A DNA stretch of 64,000 bases from Octopus vulgaris (Eukaryota). The translations under genes and the position numbers were made by a program. The DNA is taken from contig OX597814.1 of assembly GCA_951406725.2 (NCBI GenBank), forward strand, positions 19,902,001-19,966,000. The letters are read 5' to 3'. This document shows positions 14,226 to 29,411 of the stretch, piece by piece. The stretch's first letter is position 1. Each line of letters starts with the position of its first letter. The notes below the pieces were generated by a model that saw only the letters and a list, made by a program, of their open reading frames with translations, did no database searches and was not told the DNA's origin.

Positions 14226-15005
14226 GAATATATATATATAGAGAGAGAGAGAGAATGAATGAATGAGAGGGAGGAGAGGGAGAAAGAGATAGAGGGAGAA
14301 AGAGACAGAGGGAGAAAGGGAGAGAGGGAGACAGAGATGCATTCACGGGTTGATGGGTGAATGGATGAATAGATGGGTAAATAGACAGACATACTGACAG
14401 ACAGACGATGCACAACTCGTAAAGTAACGCAAGACAACAAGAACTTGAAGGAAGAAATTATAAACGTCAGTAAAAATGTTAAACATCGTCAAAGAGGTTT
14501 TCAGCAGTTCCTATGTAAATTGATTTGTTAATGCCTGCAATTAAGTGTGATAGGTGAACATTCATAGGTTTGCATCTGGCTGAAAGAACTACAGATATAT
14601 GATAGAAGGAGAGAGAAAAAAAGTAAAGAGAAGGGGAGCACATGAGAAAGAAAGAAAGAAAGAAAGAAAGAAGGAAATAAAGAAAGAAAGGAAGAAAGAA
14701 AGAAAGAAAAGAAAGAAGGAAAGGAAGAAAGGGAGGAAGAAAGGACGAAGGAAACGATGATAGTGTATTAAAAATATTAAAAAATAACATTTAGAGGTTA
14801 AAATAAATGTACTAGCGTGAAGTCAGCAGTATAAATTAAAGTATATTACGGTGCCTTAAAAGGTATGTAGTGAGCGTGGGCTAGCGTGTGTCTGTCTCTC
14901 TCTCTCTCTCTCACTCTCTCTCTCACTCTCTCTTTCTCTCCCTCTCTCTATCCCTCTCTCTCTCTCTCTCTTTCTCTCTGTTCGAGCCAGAAAGAAATTT
15001 CTCAT

Positions 15006-15006
<1 letters not shown>

Positions 15007-15075
<69 letters not shown>

Positions 15076-15079
15076 TGAT

Positions 15080-15165
<86 letters not shown>
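15007..15165. repeat. (GATA)n microsatellite
   Basis: Direct inspection. Confidence 0.95.
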
Positions 15166-15166
<1 letters not shown>

Positions 15167-15579
15167 ATATGCCTATAAGAACAAGATGTAATTATTACAG
15201 CACAATGTGATCTATTGCATTCCAAAAATATGCACCTTGGGGAAGCGTTCGTGTCACATACACGTAATCCCGATTTAGATGCAATGTCTGCAATATCCAT
15301 GCAGTATAAATACAGGTTATGCAGGAGGTGAACGCATATTTATTCAAAATACAATGCCTCTTCGTCGGGAGACAAAAAGAAAATAACAGTCGGAAAATAT
15401 GTTAGCAAAGAATATTCTTCAACGTCGGACTTTCCGTAATGGATTTTATATTTTTTTTTTTAGTTTCTGACGAAGCGGTTGGAACAATTATAGAGACAAA
15501 ATTTTCAATAAATACATCTTTTCCCTCTTACATAATCACCATCACCATCATCATCATCATCATCATCATCATCATTGCC

Positions 15580-16908
15580 TCGCAAACCTTTTCAGTAGTT
15601 TCCAACTGCTTGACAGGTACCAACTGCCAACTGGATTTCCCGCTGCATCAAAATTGGGCATGGGCAACCAGCACCGGATCATTCAGATCGTATCAACGCA
15701 GTTTTCTGTACTGTATCAGAAAAGGATCACATACATTATTCACAATTCAAATTGTCAGCTACACAGACCACAAATTTTTGATTGTACGGTTGACTTAGAT
15801 AGCTTACATGGATAAGTTCTTGGGCAGGCAAGTTCATGTAGACTGGATAAGAAAACTAGTAAGTGAAATAGACGGGGTCAGCAACCGATGCCGGTTAATC
15901 ATGAAAAGGGTTATTGGATTGGATTCGATAGGATTTAGTAAGAAAATAAATGAATTCTAGAGTTGAAGGTAAGCTAGTTTGTAATCTTGAAGAGGCGCTT
16001 AGAAAAAGCATTGCAACTCACTTGTTGGCAGTGAAATTGGATCCTGACCCATTCTTCAACGTTAAGCACAAAGGTTGCGTTGTTACAGCTAGGGCACGTG
16101 CTCTAAAAAATGGGGAACGGAAGCTGTTCGAGGATCTGGATCTCTGGTGGCAGAGGCGCAGCGTCGATCTTCGACGAATCAGAAGAGCGAGTGCTGCTCA
16201 ATTCCAAGCAGGTATATGTACGGTTTTTCAGTGGCATTTCGCTCAACAGTTTGGGAGGATGGTAAACCGGAGAAAGGGATGGATTTTGCTGCATACCTCG
16301 ACGGCCTGCAGCGGTTCTCGAATAGCGATGTGCAGTTCTGCCGAATAATAGCTGATGAAATACAGGAAGCGATGGCTAGCTGCACCAGAAAAAAGTCGCT
16401 GGTGTTGCCCTAAGAACTTCATTTCCATATGCAAGACCGGCTCGAAGGCCTTTTGGCAGATGTCAAGTGCAGCTGGCAGTAGAACGGGAGAATACTCAGT
16501 CCTTCAGTAATGAAGCATAGTGGTTGTTGAGAAAGAACTCGAACAAAAGTAAGACTTCGATCATTTTTAGGCTCATAACTTTGCTAAATTTTTTTAAGAT
16601 TTTGGCCGAGATTTTATCCAAGGAGTTGGCGTTTGTTAGTGATGATCTTATCGGTGATGTGCAGATGTGTCCTCCTAAACAGGTCTTTCTATGACAACCG
16701 CCACCACATAGAAAGGGTAGATGAATGACCTGGCGTGGGTGAGGCTCTGGTTAATTTATATCAATCCAAAGCTTTCGAAAGAGTGAGCTACTATACTTGG
16801 TGGCTGTCCTAAACGCAATTTCGATCCTGCCTTCAGAGTTTAGGTCGCTGCAGAGTACAGCGACATTTACGCGGTGGTCAGAGTAAATGGCCACTAGTAG
16901 GAAATGTT

Positions 16909-16970
<62 letters not shown>

Positions 16971-17110
16971 ATACTGATTCTAGAGCTAAAACAGCAGAAA
17001 TGGAGATTTCGAGAGGCATTTTGCGGGAGCTAGGATGTGGACGATCAGTGCTTGCGTATAGAGACGACGCCAACAAACATACAGAGGTGATCGATACCGT
17101 TCTAAGGGAA
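15580..17110 (+). mobile_element. Decayed L1/Tx1-clade LINE ORF2 (APE endonuclease end plus RT)
   Basis: Collinear broken motifs: SYTDHKFL (APE SDH), EIQEAMASCTRKKS, LLADV..SWQ*NGRI, ALVNLYQSKAFERV (LDQSKAFDRV), VVRVNGH, SVLAYRDD (YADD); (CT)n inserted at ~16910-16968. Confidence 0.75.
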
Positions 17111-17645
17111 GTTAGGTATATTTTACTGGTTACAGTCAGCAGACTGCGATCATACTGGAGCAAGTCTTTCAAACGTTTAGTTCGTGGAATCGATTCCAAT
17201 CTCAATACTATTTTCGGTCTGGTACTTACTAAATTGTTATCTGATTTTGGAACCATTGTATGCACTTGTGTGATGGGGGACATACATGTAACTGGCTTCT
17301 GTATAGTTTCTCTCAAGAAAACGTTTCATTCTCGAGGTGTTAACCCTGAGGCTATAGTAAAAGGCACTTACCCAATACTGCGCAACGGGATTGAATCTGT
17401 AAATATGTGGGTGCGAAGCGATTTTCTTAACCCGCACATGTGCTTGCGTCAATATATACGTGTATGTGTTGTCTGTGTGCGCGTCTGTGCGTGTGTTCGA
17501 CTGTGTGTGTGTGCATGTGTGTGTATGTGTGTGTGTGTGTATGTTTGTGTTTGTGTGTGTGTGTTTGTGCGTCCGTGTATATATGCAGATAAGGTTGATA
17601 GAGAGAGAGAGACAGACAGATAGACAGACAGACAGACGGATAGAC

Positions 17646-17737
<92 letters not shown>

Positions 17738-17795
17738 GGACGGATAGATAGACAAACAAACAGATAGATAGAGAGAGAGAGAGAGACAGAAAGAG

Positions 17796-17858
<63 letters not shown>

Positions 17859-18091
17859 GAGGTAGATAGATCTCAACGCGTACACACACACACATGCTAC
17901 GTACTCATATCTCTGCTATACACACACACAGACAAAAGAGTACTGAATATTACAGGTCTTCTTTTTAAGGCTTCTAAGTGCTTCTGGAATTGGGTTTCTG
18001 TGAAGCCCTTCCGCTAAATAAGGATGATTTCATTATAACCATCATGTGAACAATGCCCCCCAAAAAACACATGCATACATACATACATACT

Positions 18092-18133
<42 letters not shown>

Positions 18134-18220
18134 TGCGTACGTATTTATGTACATACATACATACAAATACATGAGTGTGGATATACATATGCATACATAC
18201 GTGTATGTATATATATATAC

Positions 18221-18297
<77 letters not shown>

Positions 18298-18554
18298 TAT
18301 ACATATATACATGTATACGCATACGTGCCTATGTATATACATATGCACATACATACACACATACATACTTGCATACATAAACATGTGTATGGGCACGTAC
18401 ATAAGCCAAAATAAGATACACACATGCAATGACATGTATGCACACATGCATACGCCACGAGATTCATACATACATACATACATACATACATACATACATA
18501 CATACATACATACATACATACATACATACATACATACATTCATGCATGCATACA

Positions 18555-18955
18555 TGTTTGGGACAGAGGAGCAAAGGTATGTACCATCATAGAGGTCAGC
18601 TGCCCTGCAGGTATAAATATCTCTTTGAAAATCAAAGAGAAAGAGGATTTCTATGGACAACTGCTTCGAAATCTCCAGCTTCTACATCCAGACTATGAAT
18701 TCATATTCATACCAATAGTAATTGGAGCACTAGATTTTATTACTAAATGCTTAGAGGAGAATCTGGTAAAAACTGGGATTTTCAGAAAGAGAAATCGACC
18801 GGCTAATTTGTACACAGTGCAATCTGTGAGTGGAACAGAAAAAATATGCAAGACTATTCTCAAATTCCAAATGTGAATTTGTCTGTTAACTACATTCCGA
18901 AAACCGGCTCTCTACTCAGTGGAAGATTTCTAATAATTAAAAAAATAGAAGAGAT
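18555..18955 (+). mobile_element. RLE LINE 3' end (second subfamily)
   Basis: KIKEKEDFYGQLLRNLQLLHPDYEFIFIPIVIGAL...SVSGTEKICKTILKF is homologous to 13400-13630; flanked by (CATA)n. Confidence 0.8.
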
Positions 18956-19189
18956 ATACATACATACATACATATATACATACATACATACATTCATACA
19001 TACATACATACATACATTCATACATACATTCATACATACATTCATACATACATACATTCATACATTCATACATACATACATACATACATACATACATACA
19101 TACATACATACATACATACATACATACATACATACATACATACATACATACATACGTACGTACGTCCGCACGTACGTACATACATCAAC

Positions 19190-20100
19190 TGATATAGGGG
19201 TGGAGTTCAGTTAAGATACATGTTTCTACATTATTGTAATAAGAAGTGAAATTACAAACCAGTGTAGCATCTTGGATACCAGTGGCATCTGATGATGAAT
19301 GCTGCAGGTACCTAGCAATGGGTGGATATGTATCCGATGACGTGTCTTGTAATAAGGAACGTGTTAACCAAAGAATATAACACCTGGATAAAATAATGTA
19401 ATTTTCAGAGCTTTTGGCATAATATAGATCAACCCGTATTGTATCATTCATATCAACTACTGAGATTACTGATTGGACGTTAGAGAAAATTCAATCACTT
19501 TTATGTTAAAACTAGAATTTTTTTCATTCCACCTCTAGAATGAAAACAAAGAGGCAGAAGCTAACATCGATTTATATCCTTTTGACATCTTATCACCAAA
19601 CATTTAATTGCATCTATAGATTAACCCTGGATACATGAAGTAGATAACATTTTGAGAGTTGAAAAGGAGTTCTTCAGAAAATATACCCCGAGTTATGACT
19701 ATGGATACACACCTAAGGAAGTTACACAGCTTTACCGCAAAAGGGTAGACCAAAAGCTTTTTTGCTTATCAATAGAGGGTCATATGAGACTATGTTAAGA
19801 TCAAAAATTTTCAGAACAATAACACAGGTAATCAAAGCAGACTATCTTGAGCCGGTAATCTGTATATTAGTTATCACTCAGAAGGGTGTACTTTTGCAAT
19901 CCAGAAAAAGAAAAATAACAAAATACCTGATTTACTAAAGGTATTAGGATGCAGGTTTTAAATTCCTAAGAGTAGCACTGATGCATACTTTGTGATCCAT
20001 ACTGTAGGCAGCTGTCCGAATAGGTCATCACAATACTATCTAGCCATGAGGTATACAAAGCATTTCAAAGAAAAAATTGTCCAAAATATGAAAATACAAG
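19190..20100 (+). mobile_element. Highly decayed R4/Dong-like LINE, RT-to-RLE region
   Basis: DIGVEFS*DTC (cf. DIGMEFG.DKC) and IHTVGSCPNRSSQYYLAMR, homologous to 13100-13150; begins next to (CATA)n. Confidence 0.55.
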
Positions 20101-20399
20101 AAGTTACAGTAACGTGGACGGTATACTCTTACTCTTTTACTTATTCACTTATTCAAAGAATATTGGTGCAAATATTTGTAAATAGTCTGTAAAATGTTGG
20201 CATAACAGCCCAGATTTAATAAGAAAGTGTCCTGTGCAGTTTAAATCAGATGTCCAACAAATGTTATCCAAATCCTCCACATGTCCGGGGAGATTATGGA
20301 TTTTTTTTATTTGTAAAGTCACTCCGCAATGCACAGGCCAGGGCAGGGCTTTATTTATGAAAGAAAAACCGTTGCCCATATATGCAAGTTTTCCCTCTC

Positions 20400-21060
20400 C
20401 ATGCCATTGATGTTGCCCGAGGGACAGACAAGGCTGATACAGCTTGACATCAGTGTCGTCTCCTTCGTGTACTTATTTCCATCTTTTATTCAGCTGTCTC
20501 AGTTCTTTCCTCAATTCTTCAGTCTGGCGCTGCCTCCTACCGGGAGCATGACACTTCTTGTTTTTTTTTTCCTTCCTACATGCCGAAGTTATTTTGGTAT
20601 GCCTGACATACCACTTTTACCATGACTCTTACCGTCCTGATAGCATCGCTTTTCAGAATACTGCCCAGGATGATGCCTAATTCCCTTTCCAACTGACCCC
20701 GCCTCAGATCTGTCACTGGTGACAAATTCGGCTGGGATTTCTTCTCGAAGCCTTCTGCGCTTTCGGGTTCAGCTACTCTTGCGCACTGATCAAGTTGAGC
20801 AGAGAGGCCCAATGATTTAACCAGATGGCCCTTGACCTTCTCCGACCGATAGGTAGTTCCAATATTCATAAAACAAGGCACCTGGATTGAACCAAATACT
20901 CTGCTTAGCTGTAGTTTCTCTCTGCACATCGATTTGCCTTGATGAATCTCCACATTATGTTCGCTCCGAAATATTCGACCACAGGCATTGGAGTTCCTTT
21001 TAGTTTTACTCTCATGCCTTGCTGTGTCGAATCTCGTAATCCAAATATTGTTGTTCAGGT
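20400..21060 (-). mobile_element. Probable decayed LINE (Tx1-like) C-terminal fragment
   Basis: GC-elevated, broken reading frames; only weak resemblance to the L1/Tx1 ORF2 end. Confidence 0.3.
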
Positions 21061-21160
21061 CATTAGCCCCTGCACATAACATGTTTATATCTGTCTTTTA
21101 CTTTCTACTTTTTTGTTCAACTTACCAATGTAATAGCAATACCTATCTCTTAGCTTTCAG

Positions 21161-21198
<38 letters not shown>

Positions 21199-22772
21199 CT
21201 CTCTCTCTTTCTCTCTCCCTCTCTCTATCTCTCACGCATTAATTCACTCACTCACTCACTCACTCTCTCTCTCTTCACATCTCTTTTGAACTAAACACGC
21301 GACAGCGTCATACATTTGGTCTTGTAATAACTATTACTTACCCCTACCACAAGTCGTTAGCATTTCTGTCTCGCTCTCTTTCTCTCCATCTTGACTGCCT
21401 CTTCAAGAAACCACGTGACAGCGTAACGTACCCGGCATTAGCGTATTCATATATAGATATGTCCGTCACAGACTAATATTGTTGTTAATTTTTTACTGAT
21501 CGCATAATTATTTTATTTATAATTTTTTTATATATGTTGTGTATATAATGATTTTTTAAATTTTTATTTTCTTTCTTCCTGCATTGTATTGACATTAATT
21601 TAAATGTTGTTTTTTGTTAGTCTACCAACTCTATTATCTGATTTCGTCATTGCTATTTACATTTTCTGTACAAACTAAGATCAGCTATTTTTTCAATGCC
21701 CTCTGTTTATCCAAAGTCTTTTCGATGACAATATCATATACATACGATGTTAGTTTATTCAGATTGATTTGCAAGCGTTGCTTCATTGGAATTTTTAATC
21801 ATACATGTTGGACCTTATTTTTTGACAATGCAATGGGCGATTGCCTTTCTTTGGTAATGTTATCATCGCAAGCTTGTATGTGGCGTCTTTCTACTGCTTG
21901 CCAGATCTTCTTACAATTGTTTATGTAAGAAAATTCATTGTGGCGTTCCATCCATTCTTCAAAAACTCTAATGGAATGTTGTTTATAAGATAAGATATTC
22001 TCATACAAATTCTGTTCACATACATTGCAGATTATATGTACTTCAACAACTGTTTCACCGGGAAATTCTGCAAACCACTGTGGGAACCGTTATGTGGTCG
22101 TCCAACCTACTAGAAAGAACAGTTAAGTATGCCTCAAATCACACCTGTTGTGTTAAAAATGTGAGGCAGAACATGATGGATGATGTATTAAAAAACATAT
22201 ATGCCTTGACCAGCGGTAACCGATGTCATTAGACGGTATCCAACGTCCATCCCATGTTTCGACCCGGAACTGTAACACCCTTCCATTGGTAGGTCAGCAG
22301 AGGTGGCCAAATCACAGCTCCTCATCTCCTAGCTTCCTGCTTAACTCCTCTCTCTCTCTTGCTCCATAACCAATAAGAGGTGCTTTCAGCTGCCTCTCAG
22401 ATCTTGTGCCGAGCCACCCTTCGCTCCTTTTCTCTTATTCCAATGAGGTTTCCATGCTGTTTCAGTCTACCAAATTCACTTAAAATACATTAGTCGGCTC
22501 GAGCTATAAGAGAAAACAAAATTTGCTCAAGATGCCGTGTAGTGGGATAAAGCCCCCAAACCATGTGGTTGTAAAGCCATGCTACGGAATCGAGATTGAA
22601 AGCTCCTGATTACGAATCAAACTTTTTAAGCACTCGGCCATACTGCAGTAATTCTGCTGTAAGAAAGAATTTCGTTAAAAACAAAAACAAAAAAAAATAA
22701 GATAAACAAAAATATCTTCTGAAAATATTTGTACTTCAGAGCAGTATCAGTTACTACCATCCGCCTTTCACA

Positions 22773-23257
<485 letters not shown>

Positions 23258-23738
23258 GTTATAGTCGCTGCAGTTGTACTTGTTCATGGTACTGCTGCTA
23301 TTCTTGTTATTGTTGATGATGATGTATTGAATTGTCGGTGTTGTTGTTTTAATTATTTTTCTTGTCGTCGTAATGTTGCTGTTGTTATTGTTGCTGTTGT
23401 TATTGTTGTTGTTGTTGTTGTTGCGCAACCGTCCGGCATTTTTCATTTTCTTTCTCGGTGTCAGAAACCGGATACCGCAGTTGTAACAAAAAAACAGTCC
23501 TGCCACAGGAAAAAACAGAATCTGGTCGGAGAGGAAGGATGACAAGGAAGGAAATAAAGAAATTCAGAAGGAAGGAAGGAAGGAAAGGAAGAAAGAAATA
23601 ACCAAACAAACAAATAAACAAATAAACAAACAATGAAACAAAGAACGAAAAAAAAAAGAAAAGAAAAATTAGATAAAGAGAATAAAAGAAAGGAATGAAG
23701 ATTTGAACACGAAAAGAACAAAAAAGAGGAAAAAATAA

Positions 23739-23797
<59 letters not shown>

Positions 23798-24060
23798 GAA
23801 GGAAGGAAGGATCTAAAATACTGATAAAACAATAAAAGTAATAATGATTGGAACGCGGAAGAGAAGAAACAAATAAAGCAATGAAAAAGAAAAAATGAGG
23901 GCAGGCATGGCTATAGGGGTTAGAAGATCGCTTTGCAACCATGTAGTTTCGAGTTCGGTCCCACGGGGCAGCACCTTTGTCATGCGCTTTCAACTGTATC
24001 TCTGCATCAACCAATGATTTTTTAGTTAATTTGGTAAATGGGAACTGTGTGGAAGCATGT

Positions 24061-24100
<40 letters not shown>

Positions 24101-24944
24101 GCTTTGTTTATGTTGCCGTGCCACATTGGTTCGGCAAAAAGAGAGCAATAGAATAATTGCAAGTCTTTAAAATAACCAAGCACTGGTGTCGATTTGTTTG
24201 ACTAAAATTCTTGGAAACGGTGCCCCAACATGGCTGCAGTCCAATGAGTGAAACAAGTAAAATATAGAATGCTATTAAATAGAGTTGGAGAAAGAAAGAA
24301 AAGAAAGAAGGAAACAAACAAACAAACAAACAAACAACACAGATTTTGAATTTCTTTGACAAGAATTTTGATCTGAAACCGGGTGTTGAAAACTAAAAAT
24401 GGTTTGCGAGGACAAAAAGCAAGCAGGAACTGTTATTAAAAAGGAAGGAAAATGAACAAATAGGCAAAAAAAAAGCCAGTGAGTGTGTTTATAGGTTTTA
24501 TCAATTATAAACTCTTCCGAAATAATAAATAGCAAGCTTAGGATTTATCAATTATAAATCTGCCGAAATAATAAATAGCTAACTTATTAACTAGAGCTGT
24601 CCTTTTTTTTTTTTTTATTATTATTTATTTCCAGATAGCTTTCTAGTGCTTTAGATATTAAATATGTTAACACCAACTTCACTATATTCATATTAAGGTT
24701 CCTATTTGCGTTATTTCCTTCAGTTCATTTTTTTTTATAAAGTAATTTTTGCAAATCATGCTGTCCAAAATTTTTCATAATTCTTTTTCTACCCTAAAAA
24801 ATTATCTATTCACTGATCAAAGCAGCCTTGAAGAATGTACAGTTCGCTAATGGGTGTTTAATACAACCGAAACATGTTCTTCGTTAACTGTCAACTTACC
24901 TGTTAACTTATACTAACTAAACATATACACACACACACACACAC

Positions 24945-24980
<36 letters not shown>

Positions 24981-24983
<3 letters not shown>

Positions 24984-25232
24984 AGTGGCTGTGTGGTAAG
25001 TAGCTTGCTTACCAACCACATGGTTCCGGGTTCAGTCCTACTGCGTGGCACCTTGGGCACGTGTCTTCTACTATAGCCTCGGGCTGACCAAAGCCTTGTG
25101 AGTGAATTTGGTAGACGGAAACTGAAAGAAGGCCGTCGTATATAGGTATATGTATGTGTGTGTTCGTGTGACTGTGTTTGTCCCCCCAACATCCCTTGAC
25201 AATCGATGCTGGTGTGCTTACAAAGAATAAGT
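24981..25232 (+). mobile_element. SINE family C
   Basis: aggagtggctgtgtggtaag (A box-like), gggttcagtcc (B box-like), accttgggca.gtgtc core; sits after (TA)n. Confidence 0.85.
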
Positions 25233-26296
25233 CCTTTCAAATTGATTCATGACTTCATGTATTTATCTCCCCTTTTCTCTGATAGTCGCTAACATTTCTC
25301 ACTAGTTTTTTTTTTTGTTTTTGTTTTTCATCTATTTCTTCTCACTAAGAGCCAGATTTCAAGATACCTCTCAGAAGTTCCCTCGCTAATTGGTTGACTG
25401 TTTAAATTCGTTGACGGACCAGGTTGGACGTTGACAGCATTGGGCTAAAAGTTGAACAATAGTCCGTAATAAGTTCATTCACTGCCTGGAATAATATGAT
25501 AAATAATATGATAATTTTTTTTTTCTGTCGAAGTCGGCATTCTTCTAAACAGAATTCTTCCAAAAATAACTCCAGCCTTTATTCTCTGAAAATGTTCATG
25601 ACTCTACGCTACTAACATAGAAAATGTCTGTTGTACCCAGATCGGTTCAGAAAATATATTTCATGTGATAGAGAAACCAGAAAATATCAGTGAAGTTAGA
25701 GATACTTGAGAGAAATTATATTGCAGCATAAGCAATATATTTAATTTTATATATTGGAAAGATAAAACTAGTCAGATATATATATATAAACACCAAGAGT
25801 AACACAAAGAGCGTAGATACCCATAAGACCAAGGAATATTGCTAGAACATTCCAATAAATTACATCAATAAAATGCAAATATGACATAACCAGACATCAT
25901 TCTCTACGACAAAGATATAAAATCAGACGTCGATGGTCCAAGGGAAATAAACAATAAAATGATTATCAACAACAAATATAACACAAAATGTCTGTGAAGT
26001 ATTGATTTTTCTGCATAACACAAAACCATAAATTCCTAAGAGAAGGATATAGTCAATTAAATTGACCCTACAGCTTCGCCAGTACATGCTTGTTTCATAT
26101 TTTATTATCCATGGAAGCATGAATAGTAAATTTTGACTCCGGTGAGATTTGATCTCGCAACGTAGACGTAATAATTATGGCCTTTGTCTCGTCTGCTTAA
26201 GGACTGTCTGAGCGTCTGCACCGGGAAAAGTCCCCCCCCCCGCTTCAAGACGCAGCTAGGAGCAAAGATGTGTATGCGTGTGTGGGAGCAAAGATG

Positions 26297-26342
<46 letters not shown>

Positions 26343-27196
26343 TGTGTGTGTGTATGAGCAAAGATGTGTATGTGTGTGTGTGTGTGTGTGTGTGTATGAG
26401 CAAAGATGTGTATGTGTGTGTGTGTGTGTGTGTGTAACTCTAGGCTCTGTATATTCATGCAAATTTTCCTACTCTAGAACACCGATGTTGCCGAAGGAAA
26501 CGACAAAACGGATTACAGTGTCGTTGTACGTTCAAAGACCTGGAACAAATACTGCAAGACATCCCGACCGATGCCCTAACAATTCCGCCCACTTTGTTTC
26601 CCTTCACTGGTGCTTTATTTGTCAAAAAAAAAAATTACCTTGATTGGGTATGAACTTAAAACGCAGAAAGTCAAAGCAAACACCACAAGACGTCGAAAAA
26701 CCAGCGGGGAACAACCACGCTCTAGATTACCGTCGCACCCCAAGCGGATCCAGACTACTATAAAGGGGTACGAGCCGATCAGCCAAGTTTTTGCTCTCTG
26801 CCGCGCTGTCCTGCTCTCTGCCGCGCTGCCCTGCTCTCGACCGCAATTGGCGGTAGCCGCCCGGCGCCCGGGGAGACCGTATGACTTTCTAACGATTCGA
26901 TCAATTTTTCACCTTAATGATAAAAATTATAATAATGGTTTTAGATTTCAGCTTTACGTTTTGCACTTAAATTCCTCGACGGAATTTAAACTCAGAAGAA
27001 ATGCAGCTACACGTTTTGTTCGGCATGATAACGATTCTACCCGTTCGCCGCCTTTGTAATATAGAACATAATTATTCAAAATTTTGGTACAACGGGAGGG
27101 GTAAGTCGATGGAATTTGAACTCGTGACGTAAACACGAACGAAATATCGCTAAGCATTTTATTCAGTGTGCTAACGATTCTGCCAAATCGCCACCT

Positions 27197-27232
<36 letters not shown>

Positions 27233-27275
27233 GAATAATACTAGTCGGGAACCAATGTTACTTGCATTATTTTTA

Positions 27276-27495
27276 AGGCGGCGAGCTGGCAGAAACGTTA
27301 GCACGCCGGGCGAAATGCGTAGCCGTATTTTGTCCGCCGTTACGTTCTGAGTTCAAATTTCGCCGAGGTCGACTTTGCCTTTCATCCTTTCGGTGTCGAT
27401 AAATTAAGTACCCGTCAAGTACCAGGGTCGAAGTAATCAATTACCCCCCCTCCCCACAAAAATCCAGACCTTGCGCCTACAATAGAAAGGATTAT
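27276..27495 (+). mobile_element. SINE family A
   Basis: ggcggcgagctggcagaaacgttagcacgccgggcgaaatg...gagttcaaatt...cctttcatcctttcgg. Confidence 0.85.
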
Positions 27496-27980
27496 TTATT
27501 TATTTATTTATCTCAGCAACTACGGGAAACAGCACTTGAATATTATTGCCTTGGTTTTTTATCATCGGTGAAGTGTAGCTCATCGAATTTAGCCGAAATT
27601 ATCGCGAAGAATTTGTTAAATAAAATACAGAGAGAAACTGAATTGATTACACAAAATAGGATGTAGTAATTTTGTGACGTCAACCGCATAATACACAATA
27701 CGGGTATCAGAATGTTTAATATTTGGAATATTACAATGGAAATTTTGATTACAAAATGATGTGCGACAAATAAAAAATTTATTCGATGACCGATATTGTT
27801 TGTTATTTTTCCCCCAGCAAAATCAAAAATAACAAGTGATGATGACTGGATACGTTTCATGCTATTTAGTCAACGATACAACGATTCTTTGTAACCTATA
27901 ACTGAAGCAACGTTGTTGTCCATGGTCAAAATACTAAAGTTTCACATACTCAGTTTAGTTACCAGTTAATTATTGCACTC

Positions 27981-28207
27981 GCTGTTGTTGTTGTTGTTGT
28001 CGTCGTCATTGTTGTTGTCGTTGTTGTTGTTGTTGTCGTCGTCGTCGTCATTGTTGTTGTTGTCGTCGTCGTTGTTGTTGTCGTCGTCGTTGTTGTTGTT
28101 GTCGTCGTTGTTGTTGTTGTTGCTGTTGTTGTTGTTGTCGTCGTCGGTGTCGTCGTCGGTGTCGTCGTCGGTGTCGTCGTTGTCGTCGTCGTCGTTGTTG
28201 TCGTCGT

Positions 28208-28240
<33 letters not shown>

Positions 28241-28286
28241 CGTCGTCGTCGTCGTCGTCGTCGTCGTTGTTGTTGTTGTTGTTGTT

Positions 28287-28352
<66 letters not shown>

Positions 28353-28410
28353 GCTGTTGCTGCTGCTGCTGCTGCTGCTGCTGTTGCTGCTGCTGTTGTT
28401 GTTGTTGTTT
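27981..28410. repeat. (GTT)n/(GTC)n/(GCT)n compound trinucleotide repeat
   Basis: Direct inspection. Confidence 0.95.
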
Positions 28411-29411
28411 TTCTGCAATACAAGTCTTGATACAGTCAAACCGCAATTATCCGAACGAGGTGGGCAGCGAGTATTTTGTTCGGATAATTGATCTGGTCAT
28501 AAACAAAGGAAGCCATATTGAACATAATTACGTAAAAAAGAATCATGTTTGCACAGAGTTTTTTATCTCATCAAACCAGGTTGTCAATAGCTTGATGTAG
28601 TCCCCAAGTATCAGCAATCATGAACAACACGTCCTTGACTCTGAGTGACTATATAATGGCTGAATGAAAATGTAAAAGAAAAAAAAAATGTAATAAATGA
28701 AAAGATGAATTTTTTCTTTATTTTCTCTTATCGCATATTTTATTTTACTTCAATTTTTCTTGTTTTAGTTTTTTTTATAAGTTAGCCAAAAGAGAATGGA
28801 TGCTAGCCATGTCCTTACAGCTCCACGCAAGCTGGTGAGACTCACGCACCCGATGACCAGCCTTAGCATCTGCAGGAGAACGCGGGCAGAGAGTAAACTG
28901 GTTAGCTTTGTATATTAAATATACTTTTATCCACTCGTCCATGACTGTAACGATATTACTTATCTCGACCCCAGTTCAAACACCAGAGAAAAAACAAAAA
29001 AAAACAAATGACTATGTGTTCCATAAATATAAAAAAAAGTCATTCACTACAGGAATCTAAAACTTTTCTGTCTCAGTATTTATCGGGTTTGTACAGGATC
29101 TACATTATTGATGCGTGTTGATATGGCCTAGGATGTTGCTCCATTCGACGCATCGTTCTGTTTGGTACTAAATGCTTATCCTCGTCAGCTGGATCCCGAA
29201 AACTTCATGTTTCTCCACGAAAGGCAAATATACACGCCAATCATGTAGGCCGCATAGATCAGAAGTTAACATTCGACCTTCTGCAAATTATCAAAAAACA
29301 CCAACTTTTGTGGGGTGGCGGATTTTATTTAAGCAATGGATGATATAAACCTCAATAAAATATCGGAATATACAATAGAGAATAGTCACAGATAACAAAT
29401 TTCTGACCACA

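Noticed and set aside
27800-27895. Possible exon after tttttcccccag (KSKITSDDDWIRFMLFSQRYNDSL*)
   Set aside because: No recognisable homology or partner exons; cannot be supported without transcript data.
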